Positions 55,296-63,960 of a DNA stretch of 64,000 nt are shown here, piece by piece. The translations under genes were made by a program, and so were the position numbers. Position 1 is the stretch's first letter. The number at the start of each line of letters is the position of its first letter. The stretch lies in sequence record KJ019086.1; one strand, 5' to 3'. The notes under the pieces were generated by a model that was given only the letters and a program-made list of their open reading frames with translations, ran no database searches and was not told the DNA's origin.

Positions 55296-56450
55296 ATGTC
55301 TATAAGAACTGCTTATTACTTAATGCAAAGAAGTGGCGTTAATTATAAGGTTTCGGGATTAGATCTTATAAACAGAGACACTTCTATACTTAATGCTGGT
55401 GATGTATTTTTGGTTGAAAGGAGTGGAACTGCATACAAATTTACAGTATCACTTGATGCAGGAGGGGATGTAGATACATCTAGCATTCAAGATGATGATC
55501 TGTTTGTTTGTTTTATTGATGGATCTGAAAAGAAAATTAATGGATTAGAGTTTAGTGCTCTAGTTAGTCCGAACGTATGGGAAACCAAAGACAGTTGGAC
55601 TCATATTATTACAGATATAGAATACGAATGGCAAAGCGTATATGGTTATGATCATGATGGTGTCTATCGATTAGATGGAACATTAATAGCTGCTGCTGCT
55701 TCCAGCACCGAGCTCACGACTGAATCAGAATTTGTGATCACTGGTAATAGTTCTACTGTGAGTGCAGGCGGCATTGATGTTAGAGTAGCGTGGCTTAGTA
55801 ACATAGGCACAAGAACAGACTTAAGTCGTGCGTTCGAAGATCTACCCGATCTGACTTTATTTGATGGGTATTGGGATACGACCAACGTTACAAACATGGC
55901 ACAGATGTTCTACAACGTTGGACCTTTTACAGCTGACGTTAGTAGTTGGAATACATCTAATGTGACTAATATGTCGGATATGTTCTATCGCTCGGGTTGG
56001 GGTGATTACACCTTCAATGTTACAGGGCTTTCTTCCTGGGATACAACGAATGTCACATGTATGTCGTTTATGTTTGAAGGCATTGATCTAACTGAAGATA
56101 TTACTGGTTGGGATGTTTCTAATGTAACTAATATGGCGGGTATGTTCGAGTTCGGTATCTTCAACCAAAACATTGGTGGTTGGGATGTTTCTAATGTAAC
56201 TAATATGAGTTATATGTTCCACGAGAGTAACACCTTCAATCAAAACATTGGTGGTTGGGATGTTGCTAATGTAACTAATATGGATGCTATGTTCTATTAC
56301 TATAGTGGTGGACAATTTGCTGGACAATTCAACCAAAACCTAAGTGGATGGTGTGTAACTAACATTGGATCTAAACCTAATGACTTCGATACTAATTCTG
56401 GTTTCGCAGGTCAGACCGCCCTACAACCACAGTGGGGTACTTGCCCATAA
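55296..56450 (+). CDS. BspA/DUF285-type leucine-rich repeat protein (384 aa)
   Basis: Six (W)D(V/T)(S/T)NVTNMxxMF repeats of 24-28 aa and a WCVTNI cap. Confidence 0.85.
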   Translation: MSIRTAYYLMQRSGVNYKVSGLDLINRDTSILNAGDVFLVERSGTAYKFTVSLDAGGDVDTSSIQDDDLFVCFIDGSEKKINGLEFSALVSPNVWETKDSWTHIITDIEYEWQSVYGYDHDGVYRLDGTLIAAAASSTELTTESEFVITGNSSTVSAGGIDVRVAWLSNIGTRTDLSRAFEDLPDLTLFDGYWDTTNVTNMAQMFYNVGPFTADVSSWNTSNVTNMSDMFYRSGWGDYTFNVTGLSSWDTTNVTCMSFMFEGIDLTEDITGWDVSNVTNMAGMFEFGIFNQNIGGWDVSNVTNMSYMFHESNTFNQNIGGWDVANVTNMDAMFYYYSGGQFAGQFNQNLSGWCVTNIGSKPNDFDTNSGFAGQTALQPQWGTCP

Positions 56451-57067
56451 TGAGTAAGGTTGATATTGTTATTCCTTGTCATGAGTTATATGAAATTCTT
56501 GGAGAATGTATTGAATCAGTTTTAGAAACCAAATCTCACAATCCAAATACCTTCGGTCAAGTTATTCTAGTTGATGATGACTCCTCATCAGAGGGAACAC
56601 TAGAAGAATACTTCAGTGACAAATATCCTGATGTTAAATACGTCAGGAATCCAAACAGGATGTATTTTAGTGGAACTGTTAATCATGGTTCTGACTATGT
56701 TACATCCAAATACTTTATGATGCTAAATTCTGATACTCTAATTGAAACTCCAAATTGGTTGGAGGTTATGGTAGAGGAATATAACTCTGATGATAAGATT
56801 AAGATTATTAGTGCAAACTTTAATGATCGCAAACCATACTTTTCTGGAGGACCATTTGTGTGTGGTGTTTGTCTTATGATGGAGATTGATTTGTTCAGAC
56901 AAATAGGAAAGTTAAAATCTGATGGTAAATTCATTCACTGGCATAGTGATAAGAAATTACAGAATGATGTACGTCGTATGGGATATTTGAATGCTTTATC
57001 CACTGCTAAGATAAAACATTTGGGAGGCAGATCCCGCGGATATATTCCTACTGAATTGGAAAGATGA
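56450..57067 (+). CDS. family 2 glycosyltransferase
   Basis: VDIVIPC, VILVDDDS, MMLNSDT; ATG overlaps the previous stop. Confidence 0.8.
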   Translation: MSKVDIVIPCHELYEILGECIESVLETKSHNPNTFGQVILVDDDSSSEGTLEEYFSDKYPDVKYVRNPNRMYFSGTVNHGSDYVTSKYFMMLNSDTLIETPNWLEVMVEEYNSDDKIKIISANFNDRKPYFSGGPFVCGVCLMMEIDLFRQIGKLKSDGKFIHWHSDKKLQNDVRRMGYLNALSTAKIKHLGGRSRGYIPTELER

Positions 57068-58056
57068 AAAGAGTTCTTGTGACAGGTGGTGCTGGTTTCA
57101 TCGCTCACCATCTAATCTTAATGATATTAGAAACTACAGACTGGGAGATTATTAGTTTAGATAGATTAGACTTCAGTGGTAATTTGAATAGGTTATATGA
57201 TATTCTATTAGAATCTCCTCATAAGTCTAGAGTTAAGATAGTATATCATGACCTAAAGGCACCTATCAATCCATTGGTGTCATCAGATATTGGGAAGGTA
57301 GATTATATTCTACACCTTGCTGCTGGATCACATGTTGATCGTAGTATTGAGTATCCTTTAGAGTTTGTTATGGATAATGTTGTGGGAACCTGCAACATAT
57401 TAGACTTTGCTAGAACACAGGATCTGATTCGGTTTATCTACTTTGGAACTGATGAAGTGTTCGGTCCCGCTCCTACAGGTGTAAGTTATAAGGAGAATGA
57501 TAGATACAACTCAACCAATCCATATAGTGCCAGTAAGGCAGGTGGTGAGGAACTAGCAGTATCATTTCAAAATACCTATGGTGTTCCAGTGTATATCACA
57601 CACACTATGAATGTATTTGGACAGAGACAACACCCAGAGAAGTTCATACCTATGTGTATTAAACGCATCAGGGACGGTCAAGTTGTAACTATTCATAGTG
57701 ATGAGACTAAAACCATACCAGGATCTAGACACTACATTCATGCGGAGGATGTATCTGATGCTATTATGTTCCTCCTATCCTATGAGAGTGATGAGAAGTG
57801 TCCCAAGTTTAATATTGTAGGAACAGAAGAGTTGAATAACCTACAACTAGCACAGATCATTGCTGAAATTCAAGGAAAGGAATTAAACTATGAGATGGTT
57901 GATTTCCACACATCAAGACCGGGACATGATCTTCGATACTCATTGTGTGGGGAGAAAATGAAGTCATTGGGTTGGGAACCAAAGAATATAAGAGATAGGA
58001 TTGAAGAAGTTGTTGATTGGACACTTGATAATGAACGTTGGATTAGTGTGTTATAA
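57064..58056 (+). CDS. NDP-glucose 4,6-dehydratase (RfbB/RmlB-like)
   Basis: VTGGAGFI, HLAAGSHVDRSI, TDEVFG, NPYSASKA, QHPEKFIP, RPGHDLRY. Confidence 0.88.
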   Translation: MKRVLVTGGAGFIAHHLILMILETTDWEIISLDRLDFSGNLNRLYDILLESPHKSRVKIVYHDLKAPINPLVSSDIGKVDYILHLAAGSHVDRSIEYPLEFVMDNVVGTCNILDFARTQDLIRFIYFGTDEVFGPAPTGVSYKENDRYNSTNPYSASKAGGEELAVSFQNTYGVPVYITHTMNVFGQRQHPEKFIPMCIKRIRDGQVVTIHSDETKTIPGSRHYIHAEDVSDAIMFLLSYESDEKCPKFNIVGTEELNNLQLAQIIAEIQGKELNYEMVDFHTSRPGHDLRYSLCGEKMKSLGWEPKNIRDRIEEVVDWTLDNERWISVL

Positions 58057-58071
58057 TAATGAGGTTAGGGG

Positions 58072-58079
58072 TATAAATA
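58072..58079 (+). promoter_or_regulatory. T4-type late promoter
   Basis: Exact TATAAATA. Confidence 0.7.
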
Positions 58080-58102
58080 ACTAAAAATAGGAGGCTATTA
58101 AG

Positions 58103-58333
58103 ATGCTTACCGTATCAATTGTGTTTGGGGTTATCCTACTCCAAATGTTCCTCCTCCTAGGTGGTGTTATCGGGTACCTAGCTTATGGGTACCTATCAAT
58201 ACAAGCCTCCCAGCTACCCAATCATCCTGAATTCTACGATGAAGAAGGAAACGTACTACCAGATGAAATTCTTGCTATTCGTTTTGAGCATAGCTATGGT
58301 CAGGATGGAGAGTGGATTGGTGAAGAGGATTAA
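58103..58333 (+). CDS. conserved cyanomyovirus membrane protein (76 aa)
   Basis: AGGAGG RBS; TM helix, then HPEFYDEEGNVLPDEILAIRFE. Confidence 0.75.
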   Translation: MLTVSIVFGVILLQMFLLLGGVIGYLAYGYLSIQASQLPNHPEFYDEEGNVLPDEILAIRFEHSYGQDGEWIGEED

Positions 58334-58356
58334 ACTATTACTTTTTGGAAAACATT

Positions 58357-58962
58357 ATGACAGAAGCGACAGAAACCAAGAAACCGCGTAGCGCACGAAA
58401 GGCACGCAAACCAGCGGCACCCAAAGTCCCTACCTCCCTACCAAACAATCCTTTGATGTTTGAGATTCTTGACATGGCATCTCGTACTAGGGGTACTGAA
58501 AAGAAGGTAGATGTTCTCAAGAGGTATGGGTGTGGTGCTCTAAAGGCACTATTCATCTGGAACTTTGATGAAACTGTAGAGTCTGCTCTACCACCAGGTG
58601 AGGTTCCCTACTCTGGATATGAAGAACAGCATGTATACAGTGGAACACTAACTGATAAGATTGAAGAGTCTTCACGTCAGATGTATGAGAATGGAAGTTT
58701 CTCATTGGGTTCTACCGATGCCAACGCTAAGACTACACTAAGGGCACAATGGAAGAACCTCTATCACTTTGTTGAGGGTGGTAATGGTGGTCTATCTAAA
58801 ACACGTCGTGAGATGATGTTTATCAACCTCCTAGAATCTGTTCATCCCCTGGAAGCAGAGATCCTCATCCTAGTCAAGGATAAGGAACTTGACACCAAGT
58901 ATAAGGTTCCCTTTGAGGTTGTAGAAGAAGCATTCCCCGAGATCCAATGGGGAGGACGTTGA
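58357..58962 (+). CDS. conserved cyanomyovirus core hypothetical protein
   Basis: LPNNPLMFEIL, FIWNFDE, LPPGEVPY, REMMFINLLESVHPLEAE. Confidence 0.8.
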   Translation: MTEATETKKPRSARKARKPAAPKVPTSLPNNPLMFEILDMASRTRGTEKKVDVLKRYGCGALKALFIWNFDETVESALPPGEVPYSGYEEQHVYSGTLTDKIEESSRQMYENGSFSLGSTDANAKTTLRAQWKNLYHFVEGGNGGLSKTRREMMFINLLESVHPLEAEILILVKDKELDTKYKVPFEVVEEAFPEIQWGGR

Positions 58963-58988
58963 CATAAATACAAAGGATATGTTATAAT
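58959..58988 (+). promoter_or_regulatory. consensus sigma70 promoter
   Basis: TTGACA-18 nt-TATAAT with extended TG. Confidence 0.85.
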
Positions 58989-58995
58989 ATCCACA

Positions 58996-59081
58996 CGTTC
59001 AACCCACTTCGGTGGGTCGCAAGTAAGTCGCGGAACGGATTCGTTCATCCAGGAAACTGGACGCAAACGACTGAAGGAACG
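58996..59081 (+). ncRNA. tandem glutamine riboswitch (glnA / Downstream-peptide class)
   Basis: Two units each closed by CGTTC...GAACG, with internal hairpins CCCAC-TTCG-GTGGG and TCCAG-GAAA-CTGGA; AGTCG/CGACT cross-pairing; upstream of a DUF4278-type ORF. Confidence 0.8.
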
Positions 59082-59115
59082 GGTTTTAACTAACCTCAAC
59101 TTCAGGAGTACTACT

Positions 59116-59283
59116 ATGAACACTCTCGCACTCATCAAAAAGCAGATTAACAAAGCTGCCGCACTTCACAACGCTCAGATTTCTCACACCGCCTATCGTG
59201 GTGTTGAGTATGATGTTAGTTGTGATCAGTCTTCCGAGACACACGGCACTTTCTGCTACCGCGGACGCACTTATAACAAGTGA
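59116..59283 (+). CDS. DUF4278-family small protein (55 aa)
   Basis: Hand translation MNTLALIKKQINKAAALHNAQISHTAYRGVEYDVSCDQSSETHGTFCYRGRTYNK; twin YRG motifs; AGGAG RBS. Confidence 0.85.
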   Translation: MNTLALIKKQINKAAALHNAQISHTAYRGVEYDVSCDQSSETHGTFCYRGRTYNK

Positions 59284-59304
59284 GTCCTAACTGAATAGTG
59301 TAGG

Positions 59305-59335
59305 AAAGGGAAGGACTTGTTTCTTCCCTTTTTTT
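59305..59335 (+). terminator. intrinsic terminator (tail runs into TGTGC-TATAAT)
   Basis: AAAGGGAAG...CTTCCCTTT plus T run. Confidence 0.8.
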
Positions 59336-59366
59336 GTGCTATAATATAAACAAGTATTCTATCATC

Positions 59367-59546
59367 ATGGACACAGACAAAGTAAAGTTTCTCATTCAAT
59401 CCATAGAGGTTCTCATTGATGAACTAAAATCAGAAGTATATGCTGAGGGTGAAACTTTTAAAGTAAGTGAAACCCAGTACTCAGAGGAATCAGAAATTCC
59501 AACGACTATAACAAACTTTTATCCTGAAGTGACGGACGATCTATGA
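59367..59546 (+). CDS. conserved hypothetical protein (59 aa)
   Basis: MDTDKVKFLIQSIEVLIDELKSEVY; ATGA overlap with thyX. Confidence 0.7.
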   Translation: MDTDKVKFLIQSIEVLIDELKSEVYAEGETFKVSETQYSEESEIPTTITNFYPEVTDDL

Positions 59547-60295
59547 AACCAGTCAAGGCAGATACACTCCTCAAACTAGATCCTCACCAGAAGGTTGAGA
59601 TGATCCGTTGTACTCCCAACCCACAGCAACTTGTGTTTATGGGTGGTAAGAATGACTATAGTGAGTTACCTATTGAAGACACAGACATTCCTCAAGAGAA
59701 GGAGTGTGGTGAGTGGGTTATTGAGCAACTCTTAGCGAACGAGAGAGGACACTGGGGACCCCTAGAACACCCCTCTATCACCTTCTCCTGTAGTGGGTTC
59801 GTTCATAATGTTATCGTTCAGGCAAGAACCCATAGAGTAGGTATTAGTTTTGATGTACAATCACAACGATATACCTGCAAGAGAATCATAAAAGTAGCAG
59901 AGGGGAAACTATCACCCCAGTCAGTATTCTATGTGAGACCTCCTGGTTTCTATACTAATAGGAAGGGGAAGAAGTACGAATGGATAGACGCAGACTATCA
60001 AACTCAGTTAGGTCTCTGTCAGGCTGCATCTGAACGATTTGCTCGTCAGTTTGAGAATGGTGTATCTGAAGAACACGCTCGTGATTATCTACCACAGAAT
60101 ATTCGTCAGAACTTTGTAGTCACCTTTAGTCTTCGTTCTCTCCTACACTTCCTAGATCTTCGAGCTAAACTAGATGCTCAGTTGGAAATCCAAGCTCTAT
60201 GTGAGGCTATGATTGAACCTACTAAGACCTGGATTCCTGAAATCTTTGAATACTACTCAGAGAAAAGACTACACAGGGCAAGACTTGCCCCCTAA
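59543..60295 (+). CDS. thyX: FAD-dependent thymidylate synthase
   Basis: GHWGPLEH, RTHRVGISFDVQSQRY (ThyX motif), EHARDYLP, DLRAKLDAQLEI. Confidence 0.93.
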   Translation: MKPVKADTLLKLDPHQKVEMIRCTPNPQQLVFMGGKNDYSELPIEDTDIPQEKECGEWVIEQLLANERGHWGPLEHPSITFSCSGFVHNVIVQARTHRVGISFDVQSQRYTCKRIIKVAEGKLSPQSVFYVRPPGFYTNRKGKKYEWIDADYQTQLGLCQAASERFARQFENGVSEEHARDYLPQNIRQNFVVTFSLRSLLHFLDLRAKLDAQLEIQALCEAMIEPTKTWIPEIFEYYSEKRLHRARLAP

Positions 60296-60323
60296 ATATT
60301 TTTATGTCTAATGGAGGACTATT

Positions 60324-60566
60324 TTGGCGAAATTTGATGTGATCAATAAAGACACTGGGGAGACTAAAATCATTGATGTTAGTGTCCATGAAATCACCCA
60401 GTGGTATGAAGATAATAAACCTTGGGTTCGTGACTGGTCACAGGGATGTGCTGGCGGGGGTGAGATTGGTGATTGGAGAGACACTCTAAGAAAGAAAGCA
60501 CCAGGTTGGAATGATGTATTGGGTGTAGCCGCCTCACAGAGAGGCTCCCGAGTCAAGAAGCTCTGA
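60324..60566 (+). CDS. conserved T4-like hypothetical protein (80 aa)
   Basis: TTG start 6 nt after GGAGG; WVRDWSQG...GEIGDW...PGWNDVL. Confidence 0.75.
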   Translation: MAKFDVINKDTGETKIIDVSVHEITQWYEDNKPWVRDWSQGCAGGGEIGDWRDTLRKKAPGWNDVLGVAASQRGSRVKKL

Positions 60567-60591
60567 TTTTTAGTATTATTGTATAGTTATT

Positions 60592-61359
60592 ATGGCCGCT
60601 AGAAAGAAAAGAACATCTGCGAACTCCAACATTGGGGTAGGACTTACTACCAAGCAGATGAAGAGGAAGAAACCAATCAATAGTGACTTCCTCACCAGAA
60701 TTGAACCCATGACGGATAACCAGAAGTTGTTATTCGATGAGTATGATAAGGGACAACACATTGTTGCCTATGGTTCTGCTGGTACTGGTAAGACCTTTGT
60801 AACCCTCTACAAGGCGTTGAAAGAAGTATTAGATGAAAGGACACCTTATGAGAAAGTATATCTCGTCAGGTCTCTTGTAGCAACCAGAGAGATTGGTTTC
60901 CTTCCTGGTGACCATGATGATAAGGTAGCTATCTATCAGATTCCATATAAGAATATGGTGAAGTATATGTTTGCAATGCAGACAGACTCTGACTTTGAAA
61001 TGTTATATGGAAACCTAAAGTCACAAGAGACTCTAAGTTTCTGGAGTACCTCATTCCTTCGTGGTACTACACTAGACAAGGCAGTTATCATCGTAGATGA
61101 GTTCCAGAACCTCAACGCACACGAACTTGATTCCATCATGACTCGTGTTGGTGAGGATACTAAGATTCATTTCTGTGGTGATGCAACTCAGTCTGACCTT
61201 ACCAAGGCGTCAGAAAGAACAGGTATCATGGACTTCATGGCTATTCTAGAAAGAATGCCCTCTATCAGTAAGATTGAGTTTGGTCTAGATGATATTGTTA
61301 GATCTGGTTTGGTTAAAGAATACCTAACTGCTAAGGCAGAGTCTGGTATTGAGATCTGA
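60592..61359 (+). CDS. phoH: PhoH-like ATPase
   Basis: GSAGTGKT Walker A, IGFLPGD, FLRGTTL, IVDEFQN, TRVGE, GDATQSD, IVRSGLV. Confidence 0.95.
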   Translation: MAARKKRTSANSNIGVGLTTKQMKRKKPINSDFLTRIEPMTDNQKLLFDEYDKGQHIVAYGSAGTGKTFVTLYKALKEVLDERTPYEKVYLVRSLVATREIGFLPGDHDDKVAIYQIPYKNMVKYMFAMQTDSDFEMLYGNLKSQETLSFWSTSFLRGTTLDKAVIIVDEFQNLNAHELDSIMTRVGEDTKIHFCGDATQSDLTKASERTGIMDFMAILERMPSISKIEFGLDDIVRSGLVKEYLTAKAESGIEI

Positions 61360-61389
61360 TGTGGTATAATAGTATTGTCTTTACTATAG

Positions 61390-62070
61390 ATGATGCCATT
61401 TATTCACAGCCCTATTGATCTACCAAACCTTGAGAGGTACCCTATCAACGGGGTTCGGTATTATAAAGTACCAGATGGAGATACACTACACACTCTAGTG
61501 TCAGTAACCTCTGTAACTTCACACTGGAAGGCAGACTTCTTCCGTAAGTGGAGAGCAAAGGTTGGTGAAGAGGAAGCTAATCGTATAACAAATAGAGCAA
61601 CAACTAGGGGTACAGACATGCACCTACTAACTGAACACTATTTGAGGAACGAGACTCTACCAAAGGCAAAGGTTCCTATTGCCGATCTCCTATTCAAAAT
61701 AGCCAAACCAGAGTTAGATAGGATCAATAACATCATTGTTCAAGAACAGGCAATGTATAGTTTGAAACTCGGTATTGCTGGTACTCCTGATTGTATTGCC
61801 GACTACAACGGAGAGTTATCTATTATTGACTTTAAGACATCTGTTAAACCCAAACCCAGAGCGTGGATTGAAGGTTACTTTGTTCAGGCATCAGCATACG
61901 CTTGTATGTTGTATGAACTCACAGGACTAAAGGCTAAGAACCTAGTTATTATTATGGCGTGTGAAGATGGTGAGTGTGTGGTATATGAAGAGCGTGATAT
62001 AATGAAGTACGCAAGACTACTTCACCAATACATTACCAAATTTGTAAACGACAAACTAGAGGAACTATGA
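61390..62070 (+). CDS. PD-(D/E)XK exonuclease (cyanomyovirus exonuclease A-type)
   Basis: SVTSVT, RGTDMH, AGTPDCIA...IIDFKTS, YFVQASAY. Confidence 0.85.
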   Translation: MMPFIHSPIDLPNLERYPINGVRYYKVPDGDTLHTLVSVTSVTSHWKADFFRKWRAKVGEEEANRITNRATTRGTDMHLLTEHYLRNETLPKAKVPIADLLFKIAKPELDRINNIIVQEQAMYSLKLGIAGTPDCIADYNGELSIIDFKTSVKPKPRAWIEGYFVQASAYACMLYELTGLKAKNLVIIMACEDGECVVYEERDIMKYARLLHQYITKFVNDKLEEL

Positions 62071-62330
62071 GCAAAGAAGAGTTTAATAAAGTATTGGAGG
62101 AGAAGTTTATCACCCCCATTCATTTCTCCTATGAGGTGGAGAAGATTGTATTGAAGGAAAAGGTTAACTATATTGATGGTATCCTCCTCTATTGTGAGAG
62201 GGAAAGTATTGAAGTAGAAGCTATTCCCAAACTGATGACTAAACCCCTCAAGGAGAAGCTGAAAATTGATGCCAATCGCTTGAACTTTATGAAGTCCAGA
62301 AACTTCTCTATGGCAAAGTTACCACTCTGA
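62067..62330 (+). CDS. gp33: late promoter transcription accessory protein gp33
   Basis: FSYEVEKIV...NYIDGILLYCE...PLKEKLKIDA; synteny before gp59. Confidence 0.85.
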   Translation: MSKEEFNKVLEEKFITPIHFSYEVEKIVLKEKVNYIDGILLYCERESIEVEAIPKLMTKPLKEKLKIDANRLNFMKSRNFSMAKLPL

Positions 62331-62370
62331 TCTTTATTATTATATGATGTACATTCGAGGAACAGGTACA

Positions 62371-62958
62371 GTGAAACCATTTGAAGTTTATACAACATAC
62401 CTGGCTCTGAAACGCCATTTTAGTAGTTCCTACGATTATTTTAAGTATAGGGGAAAAACAAGGTGTTCTGAATCTTCCTTCTACTCCCGCAAAGACCGAT
62501 ACTTCTTCGAGCGCATGAGTAGGAAGCTTAGCGACGAAGAAGTAAAACTCTACTTCCTCTCTTGTTTCTTAGCAACTGATAACCCCTCTTCTATTTGGGT
62601 TGGTGAGATCATGAGAACCGGGGAGAATAACTTTAGAGAACTAGTCAAGAGGCATCAAAGTATGTCTTACATATTCACACAGGAGTGTGAGTCAATTTTT
62701 TCGGAACATAAGCTCCCAGAGGCATTCGACGCCACAATGGGTCACCCCCCAATTTTGAAGGGATATCTACGGGGAGAGGTGAGTATTGAGACTTTAGTGA
62801 TACTCGAAATGATCTTTGGGTTCTCCAAGAACTTAGATCGTAAACTAAAAGATCCTGTATGGGACATAGTGTGTATGAAAATGAAGAAATACCGCCCGTT
62901 CCTGAATATAGCGTTAGATAAGTATAAGAAGATTCTAAGAAACATAGTGTATGTCTGA
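62371..62958 (+). CDS. gp59: loader of DNA helicase gp59
   Basis: PFEVYTTYLALKRHF..YDYFKYRGK, RKDRYFFE, SIETLVIL, KYRPFL; GTG start after GAGG. Confidence 0.9.
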   Translation: MKPFEVYTTYLALKRHFSSSYDYFKYRGKTRCSESSFYSRKDRYFFERMSRKLSDEEVKLYFLSCFLATDNPSSIWVGEIMRTGENNFRELVKRHQSMSYIFTQECESIFSEHKLPEAFDATMGHPPILKGYLRGEVSIETLVILEMIFGFSKNLDRKLKDPVWDIVCMKMKKYRPFLNIALDKYKKILRNIVYV

Positions 62959-63561
62959 GAACAACAGAGCTATACTAAGTGATATAGATATGTTATAATA
63001 GAAATAACTATACTCTTACTATGTGGTATGTGTATCTATATCTAAGAGAAGATAGAACCCCTTACTATGTGGGTAAGGGGATCAGAAATAGGTGCCATGC
63101 CAAAAACAGAATCTGTGAGGTTCCCCCCGACGATAGGATTACTATCGTAAAGTATTTCCAAGATGAAGATGAAAGTTATGCGTATGAAGAATGGCTGATA
63201 AGATTATACGGAATAAAAAGAACTGGTGGAATATTAGAAAATAAAACAATAGGTAGGAGTGGTAGTAAAACTCTACATAGAACCGAAGTGGAACTAAAAG
63301 AAAGAAGAAAGGAGGTTTCTAAGAAATATAGACAAAGTGATAAGGGGAAGGAAACAAGACAAAATAATATGGAAAATATCAGAGCGAGGAAGAAAAGATA
63401 TGCGAAGAAGAACAGAGAGAAACTAAGAGAATACCAGAGAGAGTGGAGAGAGAAAAATAAAGAGAAGTATAACGAATACCAAAAGAATCTAATGAGAAAG
63501 AGGAAAGGTGTGTTATAATGTATAATAAATATCAGGTAAAGCAATATAGTGTATGTCTGAG
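62944..63561 (+). mobile_element. 602-bp insertion bounded by a 16-bp direct repeat, carrying the endonuclease
   Basis: ATAGTGTATGTCTGAG at 62944-62959 and 63546-63561. Confidence 0.65.
63021..63518 (+). CDS. GIY-YIG-like (Seg/LEM-3-type) homing endonuclease
   Basis: YVYLYLREDRTPYYVGKG...R, EEWLI..YG, GILENK; basic K/R/E-rich C-terminal tail. Confidence 0.8.
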   Translation: MWYVYLYLREDRTPYYVGKGIRNRCHAKNRICEVPPDDRITIVKYFQDEDESYAYEEWLIRLYGIKRTGGILENKTIGRSGSKTLHRTEVELKERRKEVSKKYRQSDKGKETRQNNMENIRARKKRYAKKNREKLREYQREWREKNKEKYNEYQKNLMRKRKGVL

Positions 63562-63921
63562 TTTTTCGATTCCGAACAAGTACAGAAAGCTCTAAGCGAA
63601 ATAGCTTTCCTACAGAATAAGGTGATGGCATTCACAGTTGTTGCTGCCTTCGCTGATGAAGAAGAACAGAGAGAGAATATCATGACACTCAGATTACTTC
63701 TGAGCAAACAGGAAAACATGTATAACAGATGTGCTCTGAGCGATAGTGAAGAAGCTAAAGAGTTAATGATAGAAGTGATGAAACACTTCTCTGAGCATGA
63801 TATTCCTACAAATCAACCAATGGGTGAAGTATTCAAAGCAATCCGTGAAAGGGTTGATGATATTGAAAACGATCTCAACCGGTTCATAGAAGAAGGGGAA
63901 ACAGATCCCTGGTTCTTCTAA
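63553..63921 (+). CDS. DUF1825-family protein
   Basis: MSEFFDSEQVQ...LLSKQENMYNRCALSDSEEA; usual position between gp59 and gp32 in cyanomyoviruses (recall). Confidence 0.75.
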   Translation: MSEFFDSEQVQKALSEIAFLQNKVMAFTVVAAFADEEEQRENIMTLRLLLSKQENMYNRCALSDSEEAKELMIEVMKHFSEHDIPTNQPMGEVFKAIRERVDDIENDLNRFIEEGETDPWFF

Positions 63922-63931
63922 CACCAGTGGC

Positions 63932-63960
63932 TTGGCATCCAACCTATTATCCTGTATAAT
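63932..63960 (+). promoter_or_regulatory. sigma70-like promoter for the next gene (probably gp32, outside window)
   Basis: TTGGCA-17 nt-TATAAT followed by an AATCC-repeat leader. Confidence 0.65.

Noticed and set aside
61390-62070. Cas4-like nuclease suggesting CRISPR
   Set aside because: No Cas4 cysteine cluster, array or other cas genes; it is a core cyanomyovirus exonuclease in its usual synteny.
63176-63631. 151-aa hydrophobic minus-strand ORF
   Set aside because: Antisense of the A-rich K/E/R tail of the endonuclease; F/L/S richness is expected from the complement.
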